Origin: Octopus sinensis
Taxonomy: Eukaryota
Assembly: GCF_006345805.1 (NCBI RefSeq)
Contig: NC_042997.1
Span: forward strand, 116,312,001 to 116,376,000
Length of the DNA stretch: 64,000 nt
Direction: 5' to 3'
The translations under genes and the position numbers were made by a program. This document shows, in pieces, positions 26,132 to 41,071 of the stretch (its first letter is position 1; every line of letters starts with the position of its first letter). The notes beneath the pieces were generated by a model that was not told the DNA's origin, did no database searches, and saw nothing but the letters and a program-made list of their open reading frames with translations.

Positions 26132-27239
26132 TATATAGTACTGTATATAGTTTTTAAAAAAAAAGATATATGTACCGCAGTCAAATGGTGAAACAAGCAA
26201 AGGATAAAAGATAAAAATATAATTAAAAACATAAACACAGATGCAACTACTTTAAATGATCAAAGCATTTTTAAGACGCTGGTATTTCACTAAAACAAGA
26301 AAACTCGCAACAGAATTCATTAGAATCATTGCAAAAATTACAACAAAACATTCTGCAATTGTGAATACTTTCCGAGAGTTTGATATTTAGCTAAAATAGC
26401 AGAATTTTCATTGCAATTATCTTATTGTTAAATAAACCGCCATTGCAATATATGAATTGATAAAACCAACAACATCAACGAACTTTAACGAACAGCAAAT
26501 ACATTTACAAGAGAAACAACAACAATAATAGCAACAACAACAACAAGTAAAACAACAGCAGTGATCAAAACAGCTACAGTAACAAGATGAGTAAACAACA
26601 AGAGTAAAAACAGCAAATAGAGCAAATTTTAGAGATGGTAGTTGAAAGGAAATCATTCTATTTAAGTGGGAAATAATTTGGTTTATGAACAAGGATTGTG
26701 TTTTAGTATTGTATTTTAGTGGTGAGATGTACACTTCGATAAGTATTGATTGGTTATTTCCCGAATTACATTATATTGTTTAAATAGCTTTTCAAATTTG
26801 TGCATATTTCTTGTGGTATTTTTGTTATTATCCAGAGAGAAAAATCACATCAATTTCTCGACCATCCCCTTTTCTCTTATTTCGATTACTCATGCAGGCG
26901 CAGGCATGGTAAGAAGTTTGGTTCCCTACCGCGCAATTCTGGGTTCAGTCCTATTACATAACATTTTGAGCAAGTATCGTCTACTATAGCTCCGGGTCAG
27001 CGAAAGCCTTGTGAATGGATTTACTAAACAAAGACAAATGATAGCCGTCCCATTAACACACACACCACACCCCATCACAAAGCACAATCACTCCGTTGAT
27101 GAGTCTTTAGTTGACCCTTAAGACCAGCTGCTGACTGACAGGGTTTAAAGCACAAGTGACAGATATTATTCAAGTTTCTTCTATATCTTTGCCTTTCGGA
27201 ATTTGATTCTGAAGGAATGATTTTTTGTGAACTAACATA

Positions 27240-27413
27240 AGCGTAGGAGTAGCTGTGTGGTAAGTAGCTTGCTTACCAACCACATGGTTCCGGGTTCAGA
27301 ACCACTGCGTGGCACCTTGAGCGAGAGTCTTCTACTATAGCCTCAGGCCGACCAAAGCCTTGAGTGGATTTGATAGACGGGAAACTGAAAGAAGCCCGTC
27401 GTATATATGTATA

Positions 27414-27462
<49 letters not shown>

Positions 27463-27683
27463 GTGTGTGTGTGTGTGTGTGTTGTGTTTATGTGTTTGTG
27501 CTTGACAACCGATGCTGGTGTGTTTACGTCCCCGTAACTTAGCGGTTCGGCAAAAGAGACCCGATAGAATAGTTAGTACTAGGCTAACAAAAAATAAGTC
27601 CTGGGGTCGATTTGCTCGAATAAAGGCGGTGCTCCAGCATGGCTGCAGTCAAATGACTGAAACAAGTAAAAGAGTAAAAGAGT
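27240..27683 (+). mobile_element. Family-B SINE, full length
   Basis: gcgtaggagtagctgtgtgg..gaaacaagtaaaagagtaaaagag. Confidence 0.85.
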
Positions 27684-28104
27684 AGCATATGTCTTTGAAG
27701 TCCAGATATTGTCTTTCAAGTTTTGTGACATATGACACAAGCCATAAGAGGAGGTTGATGGTCAAGATTATAACCTACCTGGGCATTTCGATCTTCATGT
27801 CACTTCATATGATTCCCGTATTCTGTTTTAGACAACAGAACACGATTAACCTTAATACATAACCAATATTCACTGCTAATTTCAGTTCCATTTGTTTCTT
27901 TGCGACAGGCCCTTTTAAGCTCAGAATGCTGAATCATATTTTCCTTCCAGGCATTGCAACAAGGCCAAACAGCACCTCTCCACTTGTTCCAACCTAGAAC
28001 ATCAATTTCTCAACGAATTTTGTTCACATCTAGTTTCCTTCAGGATTTCCTTCACACAGGTCAGAAGAGCTCATGTGTAGTCAACAGCCAACCAGCATTA
28101 TGTG

Positions 28105-28138
<34 letters not shown>

Positions 28139-28331
28139 TGTATGTATGTATGTATGTATGTATGTATGTATGTATGTAGGGTAGGTATCTGTCTGTTTGT
28201 TTGTCTGTCCGTGTGGGTGTTGTCTGTATGTATATATCCATCGATCTATCTATCTATCTATTATCTACATCTATTATCGATCTAGCTATCTATCTATCTA
28301 TCTATTATATTATATATATATATACATATAT

Positions 28332-28384
<53 letters not shown>

Positions 28385-28465
28385 TTATTTATATAATATA
28401 TGTATATATATGTATATATATATATATATATAGATATATATATATATAATATATATATATATATA

Positions 28466-28684
28466 GAGAGTGGGCGGTACTAAAATGTTCCTGGCTTTGG
28501 CAAAAGAAAATACAGGAGGTTCAGTTAATATGCTTTCATTCAGTCTTTCCTTCTCAGATTCACACACTTATTGCAGCGATCCTTCAGTTTTTCTAAACCC
28601 TGTAAAAGAACTCGGAAGGTTGGGCCTCCAAACAGGCCTTTCTCGACACCCTTAAAGCCAGGGAACTTTCGGCACCCCCTCGTG
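28466..28684. mobile_element. Mariner-type non-autonomous element
   Basis: Imperfect TIRs gagtgggcggtactaaaatgttcctggcttt / aaagccagggaactttcggcaccccctcg. Confidence 0.65.
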
Positions 28685-28688
28685 TGTG

Positions 28689-28720
<32 letters not shown>

Positions 28721-28746
28721 TGCATGTATGCATCTCTCACTCTTCT

Positions 28747-28846
28747 NNNNNNNNNNNNNNNNNNNNNNNNNNNNNNNNNNNNNNNNNNNNNNNNNNNNNN
28801 NNNNNNNNNNNNNNNNNNNNNNNNNNNNNNNNNNNNNNNNNNNNNN
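28747..28846. other. Assembly gap (100 N)
   Basis: Run of N; the round size suggests a placeholder length. Confidence 0.99.
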
Positions 28847-28989
28847 TACGCTAAGTATTTCGCCCGGTGTGCTAACCTTTCTGGCAGCTCGCCGCCTTAA
28901 ACTATCTAACTCATCGCAGAATAAAAGTTAAACCGAAACTGTATGGGTTACAGTGGGTAAATTCCCGAGTAAGTAGTGTGCAATATTTA

Positions 28990-29245
28990 ACCCATCATGT
29001 CTTTTCAAAGTCTACGTATCTTTTTCTGTTTGTTTTTTCTTTTTTTTTTGTCGAAACTGATTCTTTGTGCCCTTGCAATTCTGTTCTGTTCGTTGAATGC
29101 GGTACCTCAGTTGGTGCAGCTTCGCCAGGTAAGGTGGACTTGTGCTTGTGTTTCACAGGTATCAGAGTTGATCTCAAAGCTCTTCAATAACGTTTTGATT
29201 GTGTCTTTGAAGCCCTTTTTCTGTCCACCTTGTATTTAACATTTA
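28990..29245 (-). mobile_element. RTE/BovB-like LINE ORF C-terminal fragment
   Basis: Minus strand reads QGGQKKGFKDTIKTLLKSFEINSDTCETQAQVHLTWRS, resembling the RTE motif GGQKKRYKD. Confidence 0.72.
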
Positions 29246-30744
29246 CAATGTATAAACGACTCTAGGTGTAATATTTTGTAACAAACACACTTCTCAAAGA
29301 GACTCTATTGTGTTAAAAACACAGAACTTTGTTCAGAACGGTAGTGAGTCACTAGACACAAAGCTTCTATCTGATTTGGTCTCCACAGTAACGAATATCC
29401 AGAACGTTCTGAGCTAAACCCCAAAATGATTGTTCTGATATAGAAATTGGCAAACAGAATATTTGTTGATACGTGTGAATGGAAGTCGGACTAAATGAGA
29501 TTAATATATGCACTTGAAACAACCTTAGATTAAAATACCTGTGTGTATTCAAATTCATAATGTGTACACAAATATGGAACGGTAAAGGTGCAATATTTTA
29601 TCTGAGAAACATTCCATAGAGGCTTTTATGCTCCACGTTTGTATACAGGTAATAAATTCACATAATAAATGTTTATACACATTGATAGTTCAATCTAAGG
29701 CTGTTTCAAGTGCGATTATTTAATTAAGTTGGGGATTTTATTATCAATTTAGGCAAACTGTATTTGCTTCTACAAACAACGCTTATACAAATCAGTTGTT
29801 ATCCTCAGCCAATTCATATTTTGCGTGTTCTTTAATCATTCATTATATGTTGTGAGCGTGTGTGTTGTTGCTGTTGTTGTTGTTGCTGCTGCTGTTGTTA
29901 TTGTTTTGAGTTGATTCTAAATGTTCAACTAATGTTTCTATTATTACTAACCACTTAAAAATATTTTGTTATTAATAATATCAAAAATGGCTAAGCAGAT
30001 TCCATTTTTCTGCTAACCCACCGGTAAAATCTACCGAGCGACTCTGTACGTTCTGAATTCAAATCCTGTCGTCGTTGGCTTTGCTTTTCATTCTCACAGA
30101 ATCGGTAACGCAAAGTACCAGTGAAGTACTGGAACCGATTTAATCAGCTAATCTTATCCGCCAAATCTGTAAGCCTTGTGTCTAGATTAAATGCAATAAT
30201 ACTCGAATTAAGTCAGTCACCACAAGTGTAGATCTAATTCCAGTTTTCTCCCCCCCCCCTTTTTTTTATTCTATAGGAAAAAAATGTAAGTATAAATATA
30301 AAAAAACAGGGCGTGGCAAAAATCTTGTCATATTAATTACATGAAGATACCATTACCATCTTCCTGACCACACAAGTACCAAACTAATGTCTTTATAAAA
30401 TACCTTTCATGTCTTATATGGCCATTCTTATGGAACATACCTCCCTTATCTCCTCTGTATCACATACTCCCTCCACTGCTACCCTAGGGTAGGTCTCGAT
30501 ACATCTCCAACACTATCTATTTCTCTCTCTCGCCTCTTCACTTTGTCTCTCAATCTTTCTCTTTAACTGTCTCTTTCTCCACCTTTCTTTTGCTACTGAG
30601 GTAGCCAAGTATCTCCTCTACAATAAGACACCCATCTCTAGTTCTCTATTATACTTTAATCTCTCAACTGGCACAAAGCCATTTCCCTCAGTTTCACGCC
30701 CTTCTGCAGCTGAAAGGTCTTCGCCTCAAAAATTAATTGGTGAC

Positions 30745-30965
30745 TCTGCTGGTGCCGGTTCCACGTAAAAAGACACCACTGTTGGTGCCACATTAAAAGC
30801 ACTCAGTAGACCCTGTAAAGTGGTTGGCATTAGGAAGGGCATCTAGCCATAAAAACAATGCTAAAGCTCTCCAGCTTGTCAGCTCCTGTCAAACTGTACA
30901 ACCCATGCCACCTTAGAAGAAGAACGTTAAATGATGATGATGAATATAATGATGATGATGATGAT
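30745..30965 (+). mobile_element. RTE 3'UTR fragment
   Basis: gtggttggcattaggaagggcatc..acgttaaatgatgatg. Confidence 0.7.
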
Positions 30966-32691
30966 GGTGGTGGTGGTAGTGGTGGTGGTGGTGGTGGTGG
31001 TGGTGGTGGTTGTGATTGGTGTGGCAGGTATCAATGGTGTTTTCATGTAGCTAATGTGGGAGGGTTCTTTACTTTTTACTGCACCTTGTATCTCGGGGGA
31101 AATGGTTTCCCTCGCTAATATTAAACGAAATCAACTTAGTAACTGAGTGCAATGGGTTCTTATTATAACATATTTCAAATTCCATTTTGAACATGACTAA
31201 TCAGCGTATAAAGATATTAAATGCATCTCTGTTCTAGAATGATGGATTGATTTAACAGATAAATTGACAAATGGGCGCCGTACATTCTGTCGCTTCGCAG
31301 AATGGCAGAAAGACTTCGTAGAAAGTGTACTGGTCAACATAACTTGCAAAGCTGGACAAGATATTTACCTCGAAAAGTAGCAAAACACTCTACTAAAACG
31401 AAGTTACCAAGCGCCATAAAATGTTTTGCAATTGATATATAAAGAACAAAATAGTTTAAGAGAAATATGTACTCCACTTACAAAGTCATCAAAAACCACG
31501 AAAAGACATCAACGCTGTTGTAAAGCTGCTCGATCAATTTGAAACATCTTGTTCAGATTCCCAATTTAAAACGGTGGTCTAATTATATTTCTATAAAAGG
31601 CATGATCAACTCCGCGAATTTAAGTATATCGCCATAAAAGGCATTAACGACATAAAAGGCATAACGACTTAAAAGAAGTTGTATGAATTCCCGCCAGACT
31701 GTATTTTCGAAGGTTCTAGAAACTTTGCTGGACGTTATAAAAAACAAGAACATTGAGTCCTAAAATAGGTTCACGTCAGGTGCAACATGGAACTCTGTCG
31801 TTAGTTCCATAAAATATACTCTTATTTTCTTCTGCCTGTTTTGCATAAACATACTTTTATTTCATGTTCATTAAAAAATAAACAAATCTTGTGTGTAATA
31901 CCGACGTACATACATACATACATACATACATACATACATACATACATACATACATACATACATACATACATACATACATACATACATACATACAAATCTT
32001 GAGAAATTAGGTTTCTCAAAACCAGAAAGGAGAAAGCTAATTCGAAAACTACAGATCTTTTCCATCAATGAAACTGTAAAGATCTGTAAAACTTTCCAGA
32101 AGTTTATCATTGAAATATATATGAGCATATCTAGATATGCAACTATATGCATGAGAATTCATAAAGCAAAACTTACAAATCAGCACATACATACATACAT
32201 ACATACATACATACATACATACATACATACATACATACATAACCTGTTGTTGATGTTGAAATTCCAATGAAGGAGCAATGTCTTTCTAGAAGACATTCCT
32301 GAAAGTATATTGGTTTCCACATTTCAGCCCAATGCCAGTAATATCGGTGGTGGCGGGATGAGTTGATTTCATCGAGCACAATGATCAACTGGTACTCAGT
32401 TTATCAACCCTGAAAGTATGAAAGGCAAATTTGACCTTGGCAGAATTTGAACTCAGAGCGTAAAGACGGACAGAATGCCGCTAAGCATTTTGCCCGACGT
32501 GCTCTCGATTCTATCAGGGAACACCCTCATTCTTGAACGTAATTTCTAAGCAAAATATCAAACTGGAATTGTACATGTGTGTAAGGTTTTATAAGACCTA
32601 CACTGATAACATCGGAGGACATTATGGACAAAAAGATAGGCTGCTGCCAACCGTTATAAGAAAAATGCATGTAAGAAAGTTTTTTCTACTC

Positions 32692-33078
32692 TAAGCACAA
32701 GGCCCGAAATTTTGGGGGAGGGGGCCAGTCGATAGATTGACCTCAGTGCGTAACTGGTACTTAGTTTATCGACCCCGAAAGGATGAAAGGTAAAGTCGAC
32801 TTCGGCAGGATTTCATCTTAGAATGTAAAGACAGACGAAATACCTATTTCTTTACTACCCACAAGGGGCTAAACACAGAGAGGACAAACAAGGACAGACA
32901 AACGGATTAAGTTGATTATATCGACCCCAGTGCGTAACTGATACTTAATTTATTGACCCTGAAATGATGAAAGGCAAAGTCGACCTCGGCGGAATTTGAA
33001 CTCAGAACGTAGCGGCAGACGAAATACCGCTAAGCATTCCGGCCGGTGTGCTAACGACTCTGCCAGCTCGTCACCTTA
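32692..33078 (-). mobile_element. Family-A SINE dimer: long-tail unit plus short-tail host
   Basis: Junction gacgaaatacc|tatttctttactaccc at 32844/32845. The last unit ends in the gcacaaggcc-type tail. Confidence 0.88.
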
Positions 33079-33694
33079 ACGTATATTAGAAATTGAAAAT
33101 CTTAACAGCAGAAAAAAAATATAATGTTGCACAGACTGTACTCATTAGAAAAGGTCCTACATATTGAAATATTGCTCATTTTAGTTAATAAAAAGAATTT
33201 TAAAAGATTCTTCTCTGTAAATGGGAAAGAAATAACGAAACAGAATACTTCCTAACTATTATTATAAGAAATAAATATATATTTCTCTCTCTCTATGTCT
33301 GTCTGGTTAGCAGGTACTTACGGCTATTTCCTCGAGCTAAATATTTCTTATCTTCTCCAATTTACGCAAACTAGGAAACCATATTCTACTACATTGATGA
33401 TTTGAAGAAGATTTTCGATAGATCTTGGAACTGATTTTTAAAAGCTGTTCCGTAGCGAACTTCAAAAATAATCAATATTCGAGATTGGATGTGGCAACAA
33501 AAGTACTTCCTCCAGAAGATAATTGTCCTGAAGCGGTGGCTTATTGAAGAGGTTGTAAGTTCTGAGTGGCTTGGAACTCACACAATCAAGATGTATGATA
33601 TATATATGCCTGCGACTTCAGAATACTTCTCTCTGTGTGGAAGTAATTTCTTTGTAATACCACAGATATATTGGGAGCTTGAAAGGTTTCTGCT

Positions 33695-33802
33695 CATGTG
33701 CAAGTACACACGCACGCACACATACACACACACACATACACATACAAGTACACACACACATATATATATTTACATACACACATGTATGTGTGTCTGTATA
33801 TG

Positions 33803-33845
<43 letters not shown>

Positions 33846-33902
33846 ATATATGCACACACATATATACACATGCATATAATATATATATATATATATATAC
33901 AT

Positions 33903-33942
<40 letters not shown>

Positions 33943-33978
33943 ACAAACATATATACATATACATATATATGCACACAA

Positions 33979-34009
<31 letters not shown>

Positions 34010-34545
34010 CCTATATACGTGTATATGTATGTATGTATGTATATTGATAGACAACATGCAAACGTAATTTACATAAACACACTGCATTATTTTACATATA
34101 TATATGCCCATATATGCATATACATGCAAATATATATGTGTGTATGTGTGAGTATATATTGATATATATATATATATAATAATATATATATAATATATAT
34201 ATATATATACACATAAATATATATGTATGCATATATATATATATATATTACACACACATATATGTAAACATTCATATATATATATATATAATATATATAT
34301 TATATATATTATATATATATATTATTCACATATATGTATGCTATATATGATACATAATGTATGCATAAATAGATATATACATACATATTTACGTCTGCAT
34401 ACAGACCCCTTCACACACACACACACCAACACATAATATATATATATATATATATCTATATATATATATATATATATATTATACATACATACATACATAC
34501 TACATACATACATACATACATACATACATACATACATACATACAA
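33695..34545 (+). repeat. Long compound (TA)n/(CA)n/(CATA)n tract
   Basis: Seen directly. Confidence 0.95.
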
Positions 34546-35092
34546 CCGTCCGTACACGTACGTACAGCAGTACTCAGAATTCTCAGTAGATTCGAGGAGA
34601 AAGAAAAAATCTCCCTGATATCCCATCCTCCCCTTCCCACAAATTCTTACAACATTGTCGTCACTTGATACAAGTTTTATTTCATATTTTGAAAGAGCTT
34701 TCAAGTTACGTAACTCAATGATGACTTTTTTCTTTAACTCAACAACGACCACACCATGCACAATAAAATTCAAACTTCAATCGACAACAAGACTTTCTGT
34801 CGACAGCTATTCTGTAATTTTGTCATATTTTATCATCTACACATCTACTTATTTATCTACGCATTCATCTTTGTCTTTTCTTTTTTCTTCGCTTCTATAT
34901 AGTCGTTAGTTATTGTATTTTCCAGCGTTGAGGAAAGGCCGATTTTTTACCTTTTTCCTTTCGTAAAATTAATTCAGAAAAATCTTTCTGCGCTTTCTGG
35001 TAGATGGCTGCTATATTTTTTGTATGACAATTTTAATCCCAGACAAAGATAGAAAGAATACCTTTATCAAACTTACTGTATCTTCTTATATG

Positions 35093-35230
35093 CAATATTC
35101 CCTCGACTATCGCGGGTGTTACGTTCCAAACCCTGCCCCGTGATAGGTGAAAATCTACGAAGTAGAAGTCCTGTCTTGTCCCTTTATGTAATCATGCGTG
35201 TCAGCCCTTGTGGCCAATAAAAAAGAATTG

Positions 35231-35280
<50 letters not shown>

Positions 35281-35282
35281 CA

Positions 35283-35323
<41 letters not shown>

Positions 35324-35432
35324 TGTATATATTTATTTTATTAATAGATGCAAAACAACACCACGGAAGAATCGGGGTAAGCTTAAATAATAAACCGCGA
35401 TAGGTGAACCGCGATATGGCGAGGTATTACTG
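35093..35432. mobile_element. Tigger/pogo-like non-autonomous element containing a (TAT)n tract
   Basis: TIR-like ends caatattccctcgactatcgcgg / ccgcgatatggcgaggtattactg, followed by TA. Confidence 0.6.
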
Positions 35433-35462
35433 TACACACACAGACACACAGACACACACACA

Positions 35463-35505
<43 letters not shown>

Positions 35506-36515
35506 ACACACACACATACATATATACATATATGTACTTATAAACAAGAGCAAAAGAAAAAATTCAAATGCTAAATATGCCGAAAATAGACTTAATCGTC
35601 AATAAGCATATAATTTATCACTATAAGCATGCGTCTCGAAAGCAAGCCGATAGAAATTTCTAAAAACTTTCGTTATTATCGGATCGGTCCCAATTTCTGA
35701 GTTAATTCATTTAGAATTTTCTCGTCATCAGCAATAAATACGATAAGAAAATAAATGAGATACTTACTTGTACCCATGGAAGAAGTAAATACTAAGTCAT
35801 GAGCACACTTAAGTACCCCAAATATATCCAAAATAGAAATTCCACAGCATACCTCGAGACACGTGTGATCGGACTGAAAATTCTCATAGAGTGAGAGAGT
35901 CCGGAAGTGAATAGTATTAAATTTACATCTAATATAGGATAAAATTTTCGAAAAAATTTATCTATGGCCAGCATATTAAAAATTACCTTTAAAGGTTAAA
36001 TTTATAAACAACTTATAAACAATGTTTTGGTATGTTTGTCATCTTAAGTCCTGTTCCAACCTGCTATTAAGTAATTTGTGTCTCGATGTAAAGATTTGGT
36101 ACATTTCTTCTATACATAACTCACAGTTATTTCCTCCTGATCGATACGGCTTAGCTGTACTAATTATCTCGCATTTCGTGGTAAAGCTATGGTTCCCACC
36201 TTAAAGGGACCAGATTAGTTAGCTTCGGGTCACGCTGTTCATTTTACTTTTATCTCTAAATGAATTTAAATGATTAGCAAGTCCTTTTTAAAGAAAATTA
36301 GCGGGCTAGTTCCTATATAGAAGTATGTCCTTCTCTGCATCTATACACTATGTTATTCCTCAAGTATTTAGAGTTTAAGGGGCATACTTTATTCTTAGCA
36401 CAATTACAGAGCCCTAAATCCTTGTTTCTATTATCAGCAACTATTTTGTTTTACTGCTCGCCAGGTATTTGTTCTTATGTCGATATATATACCATTGGGA
36501 TTTTCTAAATGGTTG

Positions 36516-36554
<39 letters not shown>

Positions 36555-37132
36555 TATTTTATTCATTTTAGTCACTGGACTGTGATCATGCTGGGATACT
36601 GATTTGAAGGGGTTAGTCGAACAAATCGACCCAGAACTTTTTCAAGCTTGTCACATATGATATCGTATTCTTATGACGTGTCGCTAGATTACGGGGATGT
36701 AAACAAAACAACACCGGTTACCAAATGTGGCTGGGGACAGAAGTAAACACAAACACAACGACACACACATAGACAGACACACACACATGTATATGTGAGC
36801 ATGCATATGTATTCTTTTATTATTATATTACTTGTTTCAGTCATTAAGATTGTAGCCATGCTGGAGCACCAATTTGAAGAATTTTAGTCGAAAGAATCAT
36901 CTCCAGTGCTTATTTTTAAAGCCTAGTACTTATTCTGTTGGTCTGACGAGGTTCTTTTAGTTTCCGTCAACCAAATCCAACACAAGGAACTGGTCGGCCA
37001 GGGGCCATAGCAGTAGAAGACACTTGCCCAAGGTTCCACACTGTGAGGCTGAATCTGAAACCCTGTCACTGGGAAGCAAATTTCTTCTCTATACACCCAC
37101 ACCTATGCGCGCGCACGCACGTACACACATAT

Positions 37133-37714
37133 AGGTTTCAAATTTTGGCACAAGGCCAGCAATTTTGGGGGAAGGAGCTAAGTCGATTAGATCGACCCCA
37201 GGGCTTGACTGGTCTTATTTTATCGAACCACGAAAGGATGAGAGGCAAAGTCGACCTCGGTGAGGTTTGAACTTAGAACGTAAAGACGGACGAAATACCT
37301 ATTTCTTTACTACCCACAAGGGGCTAAACACAGAGAGGACAAACAATGACAGACAAACGGATTAAGTCGATTACATCGACCCCAGTGCGTAACTGGTACT
37401 TATTTTATCGACCCCGAAAGGATGAAAGGCAAAGTCAACCTCGGCGGAATTTGAACTCACAACGTAACAGCAGACGAAATGCCTATTTCTTTACTACCCA
37501 CAAGGGGCTAAACACAGAGAGGACAAACAATGACAGACAAACGGATTAAGTCGACTATATCGACCCCAGTGCGTAACTGGTACTTATTTAATCGAGCCCG
37601 AGAAGATGAAAGGCAAAGTCGGCCTCGGCTGAATTTGAACTCAGAACGTAACGGCAGACGAAATACCGCAAAGCACTTCGTCCAGCGTGCTAACGTTTTT
37701 GCCAGCTCGCTGCC
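37133..37714 (-). mobile_element. Family-A SINE trimer: two long-tail units plus short-tail host
   Basis: Junctions at 37299/37300 and 37483/37484, both at the GG(T/C)ATTTCGTC site. Confidence 0.88.
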
Positions 37715-37739
37715 TTACACGTACACACATATACACGCA

Positions 37740-37960
37740 CATAGAGGGAGAGTGAAAAAGAGAGAACGATACATATGCGCATACACACACACATATGTAT
37801 GTATGTATGTATTTATGTATTTATGTATGTATGTATGTATGTATGTATGTATGTATGTATGTATGTATGTATGTATGTATGTATGCGTGTGCATGTGTGT
37901 GTGCATGTGTGTATCGTTCGCTCTTTCCCGCTCTCTCTCTCCCTCTGTGTATACATACAT

Positions 37961-37993
<33 letters not shown>

Positions 37994-38463
37994 TAAATAT
38001 ATGTATGTGTGTATGTATACATTCATACACATACACACACATATATATATATATATGTGTGTATGTGTGGTGTGTGTGTGTATGTATATGTATGTATGTA
38101 TGTATGTATGCATGTTTGTATGCATGTTTGTATGTATGTATGTATGTATGTATGTATGTATACACATTTATAGGCATTGACACCAATTCAACTATAAATA
38201 CCAGCATAATTTTATTTTTAAATGGTTTCATCTAAATTTTAAATATCCATGCGTAGACATGAATACATTTTGTTTGTATTATTTCTTTTTTATCGAATTA
38301 ACAAAGAAAAACGTGGATATCCATAAATACTCTGTTGTATACAATAAAATCTCTTCTCAGATAGAAACGTCCATTGTGGAACTCTGTCTGTCTGTCTGTC
38401 TCTCTTAGCCTCTCTCTTTCTCTCTCTCTCTTTGTCTATATATATAGTGAGAGATAGATAGAT

Positions 38464-38529
<66 letters not shown>

Positions 38530-38661
38530 AAAGAGAGAGGGGGAAGAGATAGAGAGATAGAGTGACAGACAGATAGAAAGATAGACAGATAGAAAGATAG
38601 ATAGATAGACAGACAGACAGATAGATATATTTATCTAGATCTTTCTTACATATGTGTTTGT

Positions 38662-38701
<40 letters not shown>

Positions 38702-38720
38702 ATGCGTGCGTGCGTGTGCA
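37740..38720 (+). repeat. Compound (TATG)n, (GATA)n, (GA)n and (TG)n microsatellites
   Basis: Seen directly. Confidence 0.9.
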
Positions 38721-39312
38721 TCTAAGTCCATCTACCTATCAATCTGTCTGGCTCTTTATTAATTTATCAACGCGTGCGTACACACACACACACACACCTT
38801 TCTACTATTCCACTAAATAAAAACGCAATATTGAAGCATTAAGTATGACTTTTACATTTTGTTTAACGTGAAAATAAGACACACACACACATACACACAC
38901 TTGATGTTGGCTGTAAATTTTTCCGTGCAATACAACGCATTCCTGTTCACAACAGTTTCTTCAAAATCGATCCAAGCTTGAATCAGTGAATTTAAACACG
39001 AATGATACTTCGGGCAATTTGCTGTTTCGTGCTTCTCAGATGTTATCTGTATGTCCTATCGTTTATTAACTACCTTATCCAGTCTTGAAAATAATTATCG
39101 ATCCTTTACACGTTTCCTTCAGTTATTGGATGTCTTTCTCGATTACTTTGCAATGCCTGATCCGATGCAAATATTTGCTTTCCTTCTGTGAAAACGACCA
39201 ATTCTTACTGGTCTTCAGTAACAAGAAACAGCTTCTCAGAGGAAATAAAAACCCAGTAATTCTCAGTGTTATACAATTCCGTCTAAAGTGGACAATAATT
39301 GAAACTTGTTTT

Positions 39313-39712
39313 GACGGCGAGCTGGCAGACACGTTAGCGCGCCGGGTGAAATGCTTAGCGGTATTTCGTCTGCCGTTACGTTGTGAGTTCAAATTCCGCC
39401 GAGGTCGACTTTGCCTTTCATCCTTTCGGGCTCGATAAATTAAGTACCAGTTACGCACTGGGGTCGATGTAATCGACTTAATACCTATGTCTGTCCTTGT
39501 TTGTCCCCTCAATGTTTAGCCCCTTGTGGGTAATAAAGAAATAGGTATTTCGCCTGCCGATACGTTCTGAATTCAAATTCCGCCGTGTTTGACTTTGCCT
39601 TTCATCCTTTCGGAGTCGATAAAATAAGTACCAGTTAGTATTGGGATCGATGTAATCGACTCGCATCCTCCCGCGAAATTTCAGGCCGTGTGCCTTTATT
39701 AGAAGGGGGTTT
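39313..39712 (+). mobile_element. Family-A SINE dimer: long-tail unit plus short-tail host
   Basis: Junction aataaagaaata|ggtatttcgcctgccg at 39543/39544. The second unit ends aaatttcaggccgtgtgcc. Confidence 0.88.
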
Positions 39713-39959
39713 ATATTTTGCATAAATTAGTCCAGAAAGGGAGGTGCTTATGCGATTTGAAACTCCAACATCCCTAGAATAATGTGTCGGCTGATGCTCA
39801 ACTTGAACGCTTAAATCAATGTCTGATGAATAAATGTGCAGCAAGCAAAAAGCCAGAAATCTCTTCCCGAATTCTTGCAATAAAGGTGATTCCACAAAAG
39901 GCATTCAAAGACTAGATGTTGTTGTTGTTGTTATTTATAACTCGGTCAACCTTTAGCTG

Positions 39960-40282
39960 TGAAGGCGCGTGGCTTAGTCGTTATAGTATTCGGCTCACAA
40001 CCATAAGATCATGAGTTCGATTTTCGGCGGTGCGTTGTCCTTGAGAATGACACTTTATTTCACGTTGCTTCTATCCACTCAGCAGGCAAAAATGAGTTGT
40101 ACTTGTAATTCTAAGGGGCCAGTCTTATCACACTATGTGTCACACTGAATCTCCCCGAGAACTACGTTAAGGGTACACATGTCTGTGGAGTGCTCAGCCA
40201 CTTGCACGCTAATTTCACGAGAAGGCAGTTCCGTTGATCGAGCCAACTGGAACACTCATCGTCGATAACCGACGGAGTACCA
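39960..40282 (+). mobile_element. Family-E-related SINE with a different tail
   Basis: aggcgcgtggcttagtcgtt..gagttcgatt..cactttatttcacgttgct. Related copies at about 50330-50560 (+) and 57080-57345 (-). Confidence 0.7.
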
Positions 40283-40847
40283 ATAACCCTTAGTAAAAAG
40301 ACCTGTTATTAAGACGTTCCAGCCGTAACTATCCTGGCCGTCATTTTTTCTTTTCAACTATCGTGTATTCTGGACTATATTAGCCAATGTATTCTTTCCA
40401 AGACTGTAGAGTTTGATTTCTATGAATTTAGCTGCTATTAGTAGCAAGTCGGGTGACCAAGTAAAGGCTCTCTTAGAACATGTCCTCGCACGTGGCTCGA
40501 ACCATATTTCTATTCTATTCTGTCGTGAAGGTTTTAAACTGGAAAGCGTGATACAGCTACCATTGTTATATAATTTTTTATATTTATGCGCCCTTTTCAA
40601 GCCTAGCCAGGCTCATGGGCCCGGTTTCCCGGTTTCTGTGGCGTATGTGTTCCCCACCAGCAGCTGGACGGGACGCCAGTCCATCGCAGCGTTACTCAAG
40701 AAACAGGAAGAAAGATTGAGAGAAAGTTGGGGCGAAAGAGTACAACAGGGGTCGCCACCATCCCCTGCCGGAGCCTCGTGGAGCTTTTAGGTGTTTTCGC
40801 TCAATAAACACATACAATGCTCGGTCTAGGAATCTCGTGAAATTACC

Positions 40848-41071
40848 TATTTCTTTATTACCCACAAGGGGCTAAACATAGAGGGGACAAACAAGGACAG
40901 ACATAGGTATTAAGTCGATTACATCGACCCCAGTGCATAACTGGTACTTAATTTATCGACCCCGAAAGGATGAAAGGCAAAGTCGACCTCGGCGGAATTT
41001 GAACTCACAACGTAACGCAGACGAAATACCGCTAAGCATTTCGCCCGGCGTGCTAACGTGTCTGCCAGCTC
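40848..41071 (-). mobile_element. Family-A long-tail SINE inserted into the head of a family-D SINE
   Basis: It interrupts the family-D head (ggcgcaatggcccagtgg...). tacc (GGTA on the element strand) is duplicated at 40844-40847 and 41072-41075. Confidence 0.8.

Noticed and set aside
33423-33547. Short frame [14 protein letters not shown]...EAVAY* after an AG
   Set aside because: Weak pyrimidine tract, no recognisable homology and no partner exon.
34758-34905. 48-aa hydrophobic ORF MHNKIQ...FFFASI*
   Set aside because: The hydrophobicity follows from a T-rich tract; no splice or homology support.
37133-37714. Regularly spaced repeats resembling a CRISPR array
   Set aside because: The units are about 185-bp SINE bodies with no unique spacers, the DNA is eukaryotic and there are no cas genes.
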